Source: Elusimicrobiota bacterium
Lineage (GTDB): Bacteria; Elusimicrobiota; Elusimicrobia; UBA1565
Length of the DNA: 25,673 nucleotides
Direction of reading: 5' to 3'
Assembly (NCBI GenBank): GCA_043827405.1
Contig: JBDRPD010000036.1
Coordinates: 1-25,673 of the forward strand
In this document: positions 1-10,204 of the stretch, piece by piece
Layout of the letters: every line of letters begins with the position of its first letter
How positions within the stretch are numbered: the first letter of the stretch is position 1
Made by a program: the position numbers and the translations under genes
The notes under the pieces: model-generated
What the model was told of the DNA's origin: nothing
What the model saw: the letters and a program-made list of their open reading frames with translations, nothing else
The model's database searches: none

Positions 1-2
1 TG

Positions 3-629
3 CTGCTGCTGTCCGTCGCCTTCCGGTTCCGCATGGACCGATTCGCCGCGTTTTTATTTCCGCTATTTTTTATTTTATTCAGCGCGGGCCTTTGCGGGCT
101 TTTCGCAGCGGTGCGAAAAGGTTCTCGGCGCGTATACGGGAGCGCTTTGGCGGTCGGCTTGTATCTGCTCATAGCGCCCTGGCCGGCCAAGGCGCTCGCG
201 GTTCCGTTTTCGTCGCGGGGCTTGTATGAGGGATTTGCGACCGTCGAAGTGGAGAAGGCCGTTGCGGATATTCGTCCGCGCTTTAAGCCCGGCGACGTGT
301 TCGCCGCGCGGGCCTCGTTTCTCGTTTCTCATTATCTGGGCCGCAGAATTGATTACGTCATCTCGGACTTTTTCGGCGCGGTTGAAAAAGCGAAGATCGC
401 CCCCCACTATTCCGGAGCGGCGAGAATCGTCGACGCGGCGGATATGGAAAAGGTCATGCTGGCGAACAGCGGCGGCTGGATAATTTTCAATAAACAGCGT
501 TGGGATCAGGGGTACGTGCTGTCGCCGCCGCTGCGCGAGGTTATTTTAAGGCACGCCCGGCGCGTTTCAACCCGAGCCGACGAGAGCGTCGTGGTTTTTC
601 GCTGGGGACACCGCGACGGCAGGCCTTAA
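3..629 (+). CDS. C-terminal part of a polytopic membrane protein, possibly a GT-C/ArnT-like glycosyltransferase (5' truncated by the window edge)
   Basis: The frame is open from base 3 (LLLSVAFRFR-MDRF...), so ATG 33 is probably internal. Two or three hydrophobic helices are followed by a soluble domain (RFKPGDVF...HYLG...GWIIF...VVVFRW) resembling GT-C C-termini. The stop overlaps the convergent gene's stop. Confidence 0.5.
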   Translation: MLLSVAFRFRMDRFAAFLFPLFFILFSAGLCGLFAAVRKGSRRVYGSALAVGLYLLIAPWPAKALAVPFSSRGLYEGFATVEVEKAVADIRPRFKPGDVFAARASFLVSHYLGRRIDYVISDFFGAVEKAKIAPHYSGAARIVDAADMEKVMLANSGGWIIFNKQRWDQGYVLSPPLREVILRHARRVSTRADESVVVFRWGHRDGRP

Positions 630-2383
630 TAGATCGGCTTGCCGGGAGAGGTCTTGCCGCCCGCATAGTCGCGGACCTTGGAAGCGCGGTCGAGCATGCG
701 GCGCGCGTTGGCGTAGTCGCCGCGCCGCTTGTACTGCTCGGCCAGCAGGTGCCAGTGCCGGGGTTCGTCGGGCTCGAGGCGTACCAGCTGCAGCGCCGCT
801 CGATGCGACTGCTCATTCTTGCCCAGGTCGGTGGATACATCGACCAGCAGGCGGTAGGCCTCAGGATCATCCGTGCGGAACTTCACATATGCCAGCAGGC
901 TGCGCTCCGCCTCCGCCCCCCGGTGCAGCGCCGCCAGCGCCGCCGCCTTGCGGAAGTCCAGCCGCCGGTAATGCCGGGCTCGGCGTTCGAGCTGGTCGTA
1001 GCGGCGCAGCGCGTTTTCCCAGTCGCCCGCGCCGGCGGTGAGGTTGGCCGCCAGGTAGCGCGCATGCAGGCCGTTCGGGTGCCACAGCGATACGCCGTCG
1101 AAGCGCGCGACCGCGGCCGCGGTTTCGCCGCGCCCCGCGAGGTGAAGCGCCGTATTATGATTGCAGTCCCAGCCCATCAGGGTCAGTGCCGCGAGGCAGC
1201 CCAGGGCGGCAAGCGCACCGGCGGGCAGGTAAAGCAGCCGCCGCAGTCCCGGGGGCGCCGGGATCGGGATAACGTACACCTGCGCCGCGCCGCGCTCCAG
1301 GGCGAGCCCCGTCAGCGAGCCCGCCAGAAGCCACAGCAGCGCGCCAATTGCCGCCGAGTTCGCGGCCGCTCCGAGCAGCCCGGCCAGCAGAATCGCGAAC
1401 GCGCCGGCCCACTGTCCGGCGATGATGGCGGCGGCCCGGAGTTCGCCTTCGCGCGAGCGCCGCAGGTAGTCCTTGAGAGATGACGCGAAAACGGCAAGCA
1501 GCAGCACCGCACACAGCAGCGCGGGCCCCGTGCCGGAGGCCGGCAGCAGGGAGGGGCGCAGACGCAAAGACAGCAGTGCCGCAAAGCCGCCGCCGTAGGC
1601 GATCGTGCCCAGCGCCGCCGCGGGCACGGCCGCGGCGGCCAGCCAGCCGGCGGCGCGTCCTTCGCCGCCGAGGCGGGCGAGCGCGAAGAGGGAGAACAGC
1701 GCGGCGGCGACGGCGAAGACGGCGAGAGCCGTCCCCGAGCCGGAGAGAATGACGCCGGTGAAGGCCGCGGCCGCGGCCGCATGGGCGGCGAGGCGCTTCG
1801 CGCGCTGCGCCGTGGGGTTAACCGTTAGCGACAAGGCGAGAGGAAAAGCGGCGGCGGAGAAGACGCCCAGCAGTTCCGGCCGTGCCATGGTGGCGAAGGC
1901 TTGCCGGCCATAAGCTCCCTGCCAAAGGAGCGGGTCCAGGCCCGCCGCCTGCAGCACGGCGTAGAGCCCGGCGAGCCCGGCGGCGGCAGATGCCGCGGCG
2001 GAGAGTCCGGCGGCGAACGAGACCGAAGCCGGCCCGGTTGCGACGAGCAGGAAGAGGGTGACAAACAGCAGGAAGCGCATGAGCGGGAAGGCATAGAGCT
2101 CCGGCTGAGCGCTCAGGGCCCAGACGACGAGCAGCCAGCCGCACAGCGCTTTAGCCAGTACGGCGATCAAGGTGCGGTTGGCCGGCCATTCGACGCGTCC
2201 TGCTTCAATATGGCGCGCAACGGTGCAGAACCATATGACGCAGACGCCGGCGAGCAAAGTCGCTTCTTTAACGAGGTCCGTGTTGTAGGTCTTTAGATAG
2301 AAGGCGAGCGGCAGCACGAAGGCCAGGAGTTTTACTCCCGCGTTCGCGCCTTTTTCCCAGAATTCGGTAAGGCGTTCATTCAT
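626..2383 (-). CDS. O-antigen ligase (Wzy_C/WaaL)-like multi-pass membrane protein with C-terminal TPR repeats; appears degenerate
   Basis: About 12 hydrophobic segments, the motif YAVLQAAGLDPLLWQGAYG..FAT typical of WaaL-like proteins, and C-terminal TPR-type helices (ENALRRYDQLE, PDEPRHWHLLAEQY..GDYANARRML). ATGA overlap with the upstream gene. Confidence 0.65.
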   Translation of the reverse strand: MNERLTEFWEKGANAGVKLLAFVLPLAFYLKTYNTDLVKEATLLAGVCVIWFCTVARHIEAGRVEWPANRTLIAVLAKALCGWLLVVWALSAQPELYAFPLMRFLLFVTLFLLVATGPASVSFAAGLSAAASAAAGLAGLYAVLQAAGLDPLLWQGAYGRQAFATMARPELLGVFSAAAFPLALSLTVNPTAQRAKRLAAHAAAAAAFTGVILSGSGTALAVFAVAAALFSLFALARLGGEGRAAGWLAAAAVPAAALGTIAYGGGFAALLSLRLRPSLLPASGTGPALLCAVLLLAVFASSLKDYLRRSREGELRAAAIIAGQWAGAFAILLAGLLGAAANSAAIGALLWLLAGSLTGLALERGAAQVYVIPIPAPPGLRRLLYLPAGALAALGCLAALTLMGWDCNHNTALHLAGRGETAAAVARFDGVSLWHPNGLHARYLAANLTAGAGDWENALRRYDQLERRARHYRRLDFRKAAALAALHRGAEAERSLLAYVKFRTDDPEAYRLLVDVSTDLGKNEQSHRAALQLVRLEPDEPRHWHLLAEQYKRRGDYANARRMLDRASKVRDYAGGKTSPGKPIY

Positions 2384-2775
2384 CGCTGAGCCTCCAGTAC
2401 GCGGGCGGCTTCACCTGAGTGAGCCTGCGACGGCTGGCCGCCGGGAAGGGCATGGGCGGAAAGGAGCAGCGCACAGTAGACCAAAGAGCAGGCTTGAGCC
2501 GGCGACAAGCGAAGCGCCTCGCGCAGTTCCAGCGGCGCCTCCGCCGGTGCGCTTTCCTCGCGCAGTTTTTTCAGGATTGATTCGGTCAGTCCCGCCGGCA
2601 CTTCGATATTTATTTCGCCGGAGCGGACGACAGGCATGAGCGCTTCGTGTTCGGCGCGGCATTCCTCACATTCCTTGAGGTGTGTTTTGACGCGCCTGGC
2701 GGCGCCCGCCGTAAGGCGGTCATCTACATAGAGATCCAGAATATTGCGTACGCTCCAGCAGCGAAAGAAGCTCAT
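2380..2775 (-). CDS. Zinc-binding anti-sigma factor (zf-HC2/ZAS) with one TM helix
   Basis: N-terminal Cys, LDLYVDDRL and the HxxxCxxC motif (HLKECEEC), plus a hydrophobic segment near the C-terminus. Lies directly downstream of the ECF sigma with an ATGA overlap. Confidence 0.85.
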   Translation of the reverse strand: MSFFRCWSVRNILDLYVDDRLTAGAARRVKTHLKECEECRAEHEALMPVVRSGEINIEVPAGLTESILKKLREESAPAEAPLELREALRLSPAQACSLVYCALLLSAHALPGGQPSQAHSGEAARVLEAQR

Positions 2776-3308
2776 GGCTTTCTCCCTTTGATAAAAGACG
2801 CTAAATTTTTTCGCAGCAGCTTGCGGCCCCGGAAGACCCGGACGCCCAAAGTCGAGGCGGGGATTTCCAGAATTTTCGCGGCTTCATCGTAGGCATAGCC
2901 TTCCAGGTCGACCAAGGCAACGGCTACGCGCATCTCCGGCGGCAGAGTTTTCATCGCGTTGCGTACGGCCTCCTGTTGGTCCCGTCGTTCCATGGCGTCT
3001 TCCGGGGTTGGTCCGGGGTCCACCAAGGTTTCGGCGTAGGAGCGCCGCTCCTCCTCCGGGCCGCGTTCGAGCGGGTCCTCCTTGCGGCGCTTCTCCTGGC
3101 GCAGACGGTCGATGAACAGGTTGCGGATGATGCGATAGAGCCACTGCTCGACCTTGTAGGAAGGGTCGTAGGTGTGAAAGCTCTTGAGTACCCGCAGCAT
3201 CGCATTTTGCACCAAATCCCCGGCCGCTGCCTGATTTCCGGTGAGGTGAAAAGCCACCGAATAGGCGTACGGCGTGTAGCGTTCGACAATCTCTTTGGCC
3301 TGTTCCAC
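2772..3308 (-). CDS. ECF RNA polymerase sigma-70 family factor
   Basis: Region 2 (AYSVAFHLTGN..A.DLVQNAMLR..WLYRIIRNLFIDRLR) and region 4.2 (LPPEMRVAVALVDLEGYAYDEAAKILEIPASTLGVRVFRGR). GTG at 3308 is preferred to the track's TTG at 3395 because the extra 29 codons are not sigma-like. Confidence 0.9.
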   Translation of the reverse strand: MEQAKEIVERYTPYAYSVAFHLTGNQAAAGDLVQNAMLRVLKSFHTYDPSYKVEQWLYRIIRNLFIDRLRQEKRRKEDPLERGPEEERRSYAETLVDPGPTPEDAMERRDQQEAVRNAMKTLPPEMRVAVALVDLEGYAYDEAAKILEIPASTLGVRVFRGRKLLRKNLASFIKGRKP

Positions 3309-3345
3309 GTTGTTATGTGACCGTCGCAGACGCCTCTGGGTGCTA

Positions 3346-3372
3346 TACGAGCGGGGCCGCGCGGTTATTTCA
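3346..3372 (-). promoter_or_regulatory. Putative ECF-type (autoregulatory) promoter TGAAAT-N17-CGTA
   Basis: The minus strand reads ctTGAAATaaccgcgcggccccgctCGTAtag-like sequence about 38 nt upstream of GTG 3308, resembling the SigW-type TGAAAC-N16-CGTA consensus. Confidence 0.35.
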
Positions 3373-3521
3373 GCCAATTTTGCCTTCCCCAGCAAGCGGG
3401 GGTCCTAGGTCCCAGGTGATTAGGGGCCTTTTTATATGAGGAATTTTCCTGAAAGACCCATCCCATTCCGGGCATTTTGCAGTATTCTGGACTCCCAATG
3501 CGGAGACCCCTGGAGGCGCAG

Positions 3522-6500
3522 ATGCTTACGTATTTTCCTAATAGAGACACCCTTAAGAAGCTTCTATCCTGCGGTATCGCCGTGTCGCTGACGGCCTTAT
3601 CCCCCGGGATCGGTTCATATCAAGCCTGGGCGGCCAATATCGTCGCCGTACCCGCCAAGGTCGCGGCGCCCAATGTCCGCGTCGGGATGGTTCCGGGAAG
3701 CGTCTCCGCCAAGCCTCTTTCCCTGGACACCTCCGTCTCCGCCGGCATCGGGCTGAAATCCGCGCTGCCCAATGTGGGTTCCGTCGCCATGCAGTCCGGG
3801 ATTTCGGCGCCCTCAGTTAAGACCGCGCCCGTCATTTCGCCGGTGGCGAAGACCGTGCTCAAGCAGGCGGCCGCCGTCGGTTCAAATGCGGCCGGCCGCG
3901 CGGTTAGGGAAGTCGAACAAAAGACGCGGATGCAGAAAGGCGTGATCGGGCGGCTGACAAGCGCCGTCAAAGCGCTGCCCAAGATGCTCAGCCTGCAGGG
4001 CGGTTCGCTCAAGCAGGCCGCAGGCAATAATTTCGATAACGGCGCGGTGCGGCCCGCGCGCGGCAGCGTCCCGGCTTCTTGGAATTTCAAAGCCGCGCGC
4101 AACGGTCTCGGCGGAGGCGGCGACTTTAACGCTCCGCAGCCCGGGAAGGACGCGCAGGCGATGGCGCTGCTCAAGGAGCTGCGCAAGGGGCTTGAGCCCG
4201 GCGACCGTGTCGCGGCGAGCTACATCAAAGGGGCGGCGGCGCTCCTCGGCGTAGCGCAGGACGAGGTCATCCGCCGGCTGACGATCCTGACGAAGTACGG
4301 CTATTTCGCTTCGCTGCATAACGGGAACTTTATATATACCGACCTCGTTGATCGCGCGGAGGACGGAGATGACGAGAATGTTCGCGCCGCGCGCGTCATG
4401 GCGAAATACGGGACGCTGCTCCTCAACAGCCGGACGACGATCGACCACGTGCGGTCCTTCTTCCAGCTCAACGACGCCGCCCGCAAATTGGGCGACGACG
4501 CCTCGGGCAAGACGCCCCACGCCGACTACCGGCAGACCGCGATTCTCCGGGACAATGCCGGCCTGACCGTGCTGCGCGATATCCTCAAGCAGTACGACGG
4601 CGTGCTCGCGCAGGAGAAGGGGGCGGCTGCCGCCGCCAAGCGGCAAAAGATCGGACCGATCCTAGCTTACATGAGCGAGTCCTATTTCGATATCGCGAAC
4701 AATCCCGCGCCGCTTCCCGCGGCGCACGCCAAAACGCTCAGCGAGCTGGTCGAAGGCTTCGATAGGGAAGTCTTTTTCAGCGATAAGAACTATAAGCAGA
4801 TAAACGCGGCCTTGATGCTGCTGCCGAAGTTTATCGCGCAGCTCCAGGCCGGAGCGCGCAGCGACATCGCTCCCCAGAGCGAGAGCACGGCGCTGGTGCC
4901 GTCGGACCAGACCGTCGGGCGCCTGCCTGAAGAGACGCGCGAAGGCTTCGCCAAGGAGCTCCGGCAGGGGTTCCAGCCCGGCGAGGAGGTCTCGGCGGAG
5001 ATGCTCGGCCTTATCGGCGAGTCGCTGCAGCTCGGCCCCAAGGAGCTGGCCATCGCCAAGATGGAGATGACCTACTTCGGTCACTTGGCCCGGACCGGCA
5101 ATGGCCGCTATATCCATGTCGCGCTTGATAAGTCCGCAGGCTCGGACAAGGAGCTCAACGACGCCTCAATGAAGGCGCGCACCGGCTACCGGCTCATGAG
5201 CGAGGGCAAGCTGGAAAGCAGTGCCGAGGCCCTGCGCATGCTGAGCGAGGCGCATAATACCTTCCAGGAGCGCATGGCTCAGGGCAAGGACAGCGCCAAC
5301 CGCCTGCAGACCGAGGTCCTGCGCGACAACGCCGCCATGGACCTGTTGCGCGGGCTGCTGCAGGACGCCAAGACGCCGTCCGACGGCGCCATACTCAAGA
5401 CGCTCGAGACCGCCTTGTATTCCGTCGACTCTAAGCAGGGCGCGCGCGTGGCGGCGGAGTCGCCGCTCAGCCCGGGGCAGTGGAGCTCTCTCCAGCCCGT
5501 TATCAGCCGGCTGGCCGCCCGCAAGGATCTCGCCCACCTCCGCCCGGGAATCCAGGTGCTGGCGAAATTCGCGGCTGACCGCGATATCCCCGCAGCGCCG
5601 GCGGCGGCGCCCGGTCCGAGCGAGGCCGCCAAGAGCTTCCCGGTCATCGCGGATACCGACAAGTCCTACGCGAACCTCAACAAGTACGGGATCAATATCA
5701 CCGGCAAGGCGGCGCGCGGCGAGTATCATCCGCTGATCGGCCGGCGCAAAGAGATCCGGCAGATGCTCAAGACCCTGCTCCGGGTGGAGAAGAACAACCC
5801 GGTGGTTATCGGCGAGAAGGGCGTCGGCAAGACCAAGGTGGTGGAGGGGCTGGCGCAGATGATCGTTGACGGCGACATCCCGCAGCTCAAAGACATCAAT
5901 ATTTTCAAGCTCGACGTGACGGCGCTCGTCGCCGGCACCAAGTACCGCGGCGAGTTCGAGGAGCGCCTAAAAGGCGTGATCGACGAGGCCAAAAAGGGCA
6001 AGGGCAAGGTCCTGCTCTTCATTGATGAGATCCACTCCATCATCGGCCTGGGTTCGGCCTCGGGCTCGACCGACGCCTCACAGATGCTGAAGGAAGCCTT
6101 GAGCTCCGGCGAGCTGAGCCTGATCGGGGCGACGACGCTCGACGAATACCGCAAGATCGAAAAAGACGCGGCGCTGGAGCGGCGCTTTAATCCCATCACG
6201 CTCAAGAGCCCGACGCCCGATGAGGCGGTCGAGATTTTGCAGGGCGTGAAATACCGCTACGAGAACAAGCATGGCGTGACCATCCCGCTGGCGACGGTCA
6301 AGGCGGCGGTGGCGCTGGCCGTGCGCTACATCAAGGCCCGGTCTCTTCCGGACTCGGCCCTCGATCTTATCGACGATGCGGCGGCCGAGGTCAGCCTGCG
6401 TGCGGTCGAGGCGGAAGCCCAGGGGGAGGAGCCGCTTCTCGTCGTTACCGAGAACGACATCGCCACCGAGATCAATATTCGCACCGGCATCCCGGCGCAG

Positions 6501-9500
6501 GACCTCTCCCAGGACGACATGGAGAATCTGAAGAAGCTTCCGGGCGAGCTCGCCAGCCGCGTGATCGGCCAGCATGCGGCGGTCGACGCCGTCGCCAGCG
6601 CCATCCGGCGTTCGCGCCTCGGCTATGCCGAGGAGAAGCAGCCGATCGGCACCTTCGTGTTCCTCGGGCCGACGGGCGTGGGCAAGACCGAGTTCGTGCG
6701 GGTGCTGGCCAAGAACCAGTTCGGCGCGGAGCGCAATATCGTCCGCATCGATATGTCGGAATATCAGGAGAAGCATTCGGTTTCGCGTCTGATCAGCGCC
6801 CCTCCCGGCTACGTCGGCTTTGAGCAGGGCGGCCAGCTGACCGAGCCGGTGCGGCGCAACCCGCATACCGTGGTGCTCTTCGATGAGATAGAGAAGGCCG
6901 CGCCGGAAGTGCTCGACGTTCTGCTGCAGGTGATCGAGGACGGCCGCCTGACCGACGGCGCGGGCCGCACGGTGGACTTCTCCAATACCATTATCGTTAT
7001 GACGTCGAATATCGGCGGCAGCCTGGGCGTCGTTGAGAAGAAGCGCCGCATCGGCTTCGTCTGGGAAGAGGACGAGCAGCCGCAGCCCCAGCGGGAGGCG
7101 GACGAGCGCCGCGACGGCTACTTCGCCGCCTTCAAGGCGCGGGTCAAGCCGGAGTTCTACAACCGGATCGGCAAGCGCCGCGTCATCGTCTTCAATAACC
7201 TGTACCGCGAGCAGCTCGACAAAATCCTGGATCTGCGCCTCGGCGATCTCAACGCGCGTCTGGCGTCCAAAGCGATGACGGTTGAGCTGACCAAGACGGC
7301 GCGCAAGTATATCCTCGACGACGCGACCAGCGCCGAGAACAAGGCCTACGGCGCGCGGCCGCTCAAGCAGGTGATCGAGCATGAGGTTATGGATGCCCTC
7401 GTCGACGCTGAGCTCGACGGCCGCATCTCGCGGGGAGATAAGGTCAGCATTAGCGTCAAGGACGGCCGGCTGGCCGTTTCGCGCCAGGGACGGACGCCGG
7501 CCGACATGAAGGGTTATATGCTGGGCGGCCTCGCGGCGGTCTCCGCTCTGGCGCTTCCCGGCTGGTTGTTTCCGGCGGTGGGTCTAGCGGCGGTGCTGAT
7601 CGCGGCGGGGCTTTATGCGCGGGCGAAGTCCGGGGCTCTGCGGGGCCCGCCGGCCGCCAACGACGGCCTGCTGGGGCCGGGTTATCGCCTGCACAAGAAA
7701 GCGCTCTCGGCGGTCATGATGCTCTCGGTGGCCTTCCCCTTCCTGCATATTCCGCAGCCGAGCGCGCCGCGCATGTCGCCCGAGAACCGGCACGCGCTCG
7801 TTGAGCGCTACAAGGCCAAGAAGCCCAAGCTGCTGCTGATGGACTGGGACAATACCTTTATGGCCAACCGTAATACGCTCAATGATGAAGCGCAGCAGGA
7901 GCATTACGAGCTGCTGCGGGCGCTGCGTGAGGAGGGCATCCGCATCGGCTTCGTCACCAACCGGCCGTTCCAGGGCAAGGGCTTCGGCTTGCAGGACTTG
8001 CTGATGCGCGGGATGGATAAGGCGACGGCGGCGAAGTTCCTGCTGGCCGTCGGCGGCGGCGCCGAAGTCTACCGCTATGGGGAGAACGGCGAGACGCCGG
8101 TCGCGCCCGCCATGAAGATGACCTTCATTGCGGATGCGGACCGGGCGGCCATGAAGGCCGCCATTCGCGAGACCGGAGCCGGTCTCGGTCTCGTCGCGGG
8201 TGATTTTCGCGATCAGAACGAAAAGAGCTACGAATACACCTATATCCTCGAGAACCACCGCGATCAGATCAAGCCGCTTTACGACGGGCTCATGCAGCGC
8301 ATGCGGACCGCCGGCCTCGCCGACAAGTATAAGTTCCAGCTCAAGATGCCGGTCAATCCCGAGCATCAGCCCTATATCCGCGTGCGCGTTCTGGGGGCGG
8401 TCAAGGAGAACGGCGTAAAGGGCATTCTCGCGCTTCTTAAAGAGGAAGGCGTCGAGATCGCGCCGGAAGAGGTGCTGTTCTTCGGCGACGAGTTTAATCC
8501 CGGCAATGACGACGTGTCGATGGCGCGCTCGCTGCCCGCGGCGACGGCGATCGCCGTCGGCCAGGATGCCGACCCGCGGGTACGCAATGCCTATCTGACG
8601 CCCGGCATCGGACCGGTCTCCACTTTGGCCTTCCTGTGGGATATGCTGGGCCGCAAGCCCGCAGCGGGCGCACAGGGCTACTACCAGTCCATGGGACGGC
8701 CGTATCTGGGCCGGGAAGCCTGGCTGTCGGCGCGCTATAAGCCGATCCTGCAGGCCGGCATTTTCGCCGGCTTCGCGCTGGGCGTGATGGGCTTTGTTCT
8801 CCTTTATAAAGCGACCGGAGGCCTCGCCGTGCTGCTTCTGCCGCTGGTGACCATGGCCGGAACCTTTATTGGGGACCGGATGGCGCGGGGTTCGATTGAG
8901 CAGGTGCGCCGCGAGTATGAGGCGCTGCTGCGCGCCAAGCCGGGGGTGACCGGGGTCGGCATAACGACCAAGGATGGGCGCAGGCTGATCGCGGTCTACT
9001 ATGCATCCGAAGCGTCGAAAGTCGAGAACTCGACCGAGATCCCGGAGATGATTAACGGCTACGACGTTGTCGCCGAGGTCAAGGAGTCGGCGACGGCGAT
9101 GCGCGAGGTGCGCATACCGGGCGTCGATGCCATGGGCTTGGTATCGATGTTCGGCCTGGGGATGGCGAAGTTCACGGCTAGGGCCGCCGACGTGACGCTG
9201 CAAAGCGGCGAGGCCAAGCCCGCCGAGGGCGATCTGAGCTATACCGATGTTCTGTTTTTTCAGGAGACGCTGAAGATCACCCGGCGCTTCCTCGATCAAT
9301 TCGTCAAGCAGAACACCGGCTGGTGGTCGCGGGTTTCCGGCAAGCAGCGCCTGGTCGAGCTGGCACGGCAGGCTTTTCTCCAGGAGTTCGAGCAGGGCCG
9401 CAAGCCCGCCTTCAATATTACTTCGAAGGTCGACGGCGAGAAGCGCGTCATGCTGGGGCCCAACGGTGAGTCGATCGCCGAACTCCTGTGGCAGCAGCTC

Positions 9501-10172
9501 AAGCAGCAGACCAGTCTGAATGAAGAGAAGCTGCAGCGCTACCTTAAGATCGCCCGCCGCGTGCACGGCGAACGTACGGCGAATCTGCACGTCCTGCATG
9601 ACGCCGGCGGTTTGCCGGCTTTCGGCGAGCAGCTCGCGGGCGGGCTCGTGAGCCGTCTGCTGAGCGTCTATCCGATTGTGCCGGCAGCCAGCTTCGGCGG
9701 GAAGCCGTACCTCGGCAAGAAGGCCTGGCTCTCGGCACGCTACAAGCCGATTTTGCAGGCCGGCATCTTCGCCGGCTTCGCGCTCGGTTTGCTGGGCTTC
9801 GGCGCCCTGCACGCGATGACCGGAGGACTGTCGCTTCTCCTGGTGCCGCTGCTCACGGTCGCGGGAACCTTGATCGGCGACCGCATCGCCCGCGGTTCGA
9901 TCGACAAGGTCTACCGCGAATATGAGACCCTGCTGCGCCGCCAGCCCGGTGTACGCGCTGTCGGCACGACGACCCAGGATGGACGCAAAGTCATAGCGGT
10001 CTACTACGACAATGCAGCGTCCATTAAGGAATATGCTTCCAAACTGCCGGAAATGATCAACGGCTATGATGTCATCGCCCTGGTCGCCGGACAGCAGCGA
10101 GGAAACCCGACCTATCGCGAGCAGGCCGCCGGCGGACTGGCCTCGCGGCTGCGGCAGAATCTAGTCAAATAA
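3522..10172 (+). CDS. Giant multidomain protein: signal-like leader, low-complexity linker, 2x helical repeat domain, ClpA/ClpC-type AAA+ ATPase, TM segments, HAD-IIB hydrolase, 2x TM-hairpin module
   Basis: GGAGG at 3512-3516 precedes ATG 3522 (the track used TTG 3477). NBD1: [51 protein letters not shown]2: [47 protein letters not shown] motifs: [20 protein letters not shown]. Confidence 0.9.
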   Translation: MLTYFPNRDTLKKLLSCGIAVSLTALSPGIGSYQAWAANIVAVPAKVAAPNVRVGMVPGSVSAKPLSLDTSVSAGIGLKSALPNVGSVAMQSGISAPSVKTAPVISPVAKTVLKQAAAVGSNAAGRAVREVEQKTRMQKGVIGRLTSAVKALPKMLSLQGGSLKQAAGNNFDNGAVRPARGSVPASWNFKAARNGLGGGGDFNAPQPGKDAQAMALLKELRKGLEPGDRVAASYIKGAAALLGVAQDEVIRRLTILTKYGYFASLHNGNFIYTDLVDRAEDGDDENVRAARVMAKYGTLLLNSRTTIDHVRSFFQLNDAARKLGDDASGKTPHADYRQTAILRDNAGLTVLRDILKQYDGVLAQEKGAAAAAKRQKIGPILAYMSESYFDIANNPAPLPAAHAKTLSELVEGFDREVFFSDKNYKQINAALMLLPKFIAQLQAGARSDIAPQSESTALVPSDQTVGRLPEETREGFAKELRQGFQPGEEVSAEMLGLIGESLQLGPKELAIAKMEMTYFGHLARTGNGRYIHVALDKSAGSDKELNDASMKARTGYRLMSEGKLESSAEALRMLSEAHNTFQERMAQGKDSANRLQTEVLRDNAAMDLLRGLLQDAKTPSDGAILKTLETALYSVDSKQGARVAAESPLSPGQWSSLQPVISRLAARKDLAHLRPGIQVLAKFAADRDIPAAPAAAPGPSEAAKSFPVIADTDKSYANLNKYGINITGKAARGEYHPLIGRRKEIRQMLKTLLRVEKNNPVVIGEKGVGKTKVVEGLAQMIVDGDIPQLKDINIFKLDVTALVAGTKYRGEFEERLKGVIDEAKKGKGKVLLFIDEIHSIIGLGSASGSTDASQMLKEALSSGELSLIGATTLDEYRKIEKDAALERRFNPITLKSPTPDEAVEILQGVKYRYENKHGVTIPLATVKAAVALAVRYIKARSLPDSALDLIDDAAAEVSLRAVEAEAQGEEPLLVVTENDIATEINIRTGIPAQDLSQDDMENLKKLPGELASRVIGQHAAVDAVASAIRRSRLGYAEEKQPIGTFVFLGPTGVGKTEFVRVLAKNQFGAERNIVRIDMSEYQEKHSVSRLISAPPGYVGFEQGGQLTEPVRRNPHTVVLFDEIEKAAPEVLDVLLQVIEDGRLTDGAGRTVDFSNTIIVMTSNIGGSLGVVEKKRRIGFVWEEDEQPQPQREADERRDGYFAAFKARVKPEFYNRIGKRRVIVFNNLYREQLDKILDLRLGDLNARLASKAMTVELTKTARKYILDDATSAENKAYGARPLKQVIEHEVMDALVDAELDGRISRGDKVSISVKDGRLAVSRQGRTPADMKGYMLGGLAAVSALALPGWLFPAVGLAAVLIAAGLYARAKSGALRGPPAANDGLLGPGYRLHKKALSAVMMLSVAFPFLHIPQPSAPRMSPENRHALVERYKAKKPKLLLMDWDNTFMANRNTLNDEAQQEHYELLRALREEGIRIGFVTNRPFQGKGFGLQDLLMRGMDKATAAKFLLAVGGGAEVYRYGENGETPVAPAMKMTFIADADRAAMKAAIRETGAGLGLVAGDFRDQNEKSYEYTYILENHRDQIKPLYDGLMQRMRTAGLADKYKFQLKMPVNPEHQPYIRVRVLGAVKENGVKGILALLKEEGVEIAPEEVLFFGDEFNPGNDDVSMARSLPAATAIAVGQDADPRVRNAYLTPGIGPVSTLAFLWDMLGRKPAAGAQGYYQSMGRPYLGREAWLSARYKPILQAGIFAGFALGVMGFVLLYKATGGLAVLLLPLVTMAGTFIGDRMARGSIEQVRREYEALLRAKPGVTGVGITTKDGRRLIAVYYASEASKVENSTEIPEMINGYDVVAEVKESATAMREVRIPGVDAMGLVSMFGLGMAKFTARAADVTLQSGEAKPAEGDLSYTDVLFFQETLKITRRFLDQFVKQNTGWWSRVSGKQRLVELARQAFLQEFEQGRKPAFNITSKVDGEKRVMLGPNGESIAELLWQQLKQQTSLNEEKLQRYLKIARRVHGERTANLHVLHDAGGLPAFGEQLAGGLVSRLLSVYPIVPAASFGGKPYLGKKAWLSARYKPILQAGIFAGFALGLLGFGALHAMTGGLSLLLVPLLTVAGTLIGDRIARGSIDKVYREYETLLRRQPGVRAVGTTTQDGRKVIAVYYDNAASIKEYASKLPEMINGYDVIALVAGQQRGNPTYREQAAGGLASRLRQNLVK
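8694..10079 (+). repeat. Intragenic duplication: 381-nt/127-aa module at 8694-9074 and 9699-10079
   Basis: The copies align without gaps, with about 87/127 identical residues by hand count, including the identical run [22 protein letters not shown]. Confidence 0.95.
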
Positions 10173-10204
10173 TTGAAGTTGAATAAATTTGCGTTGTTAA
10201 AATA

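Noticed and set aside
500..1483. 327-aa plus-strand ORF
   Set aside because: Arg-rich antisense shadow of the ligase-like TPR gene.
5667..7480. Calling the ATPase clpB, clpC or T6SS clpV
   Set aside because: It has no middle coiled coil and no Clp-N domain, an IGF loop is present, and there are no T6SS genes in the window. No gene symbol was assigned.
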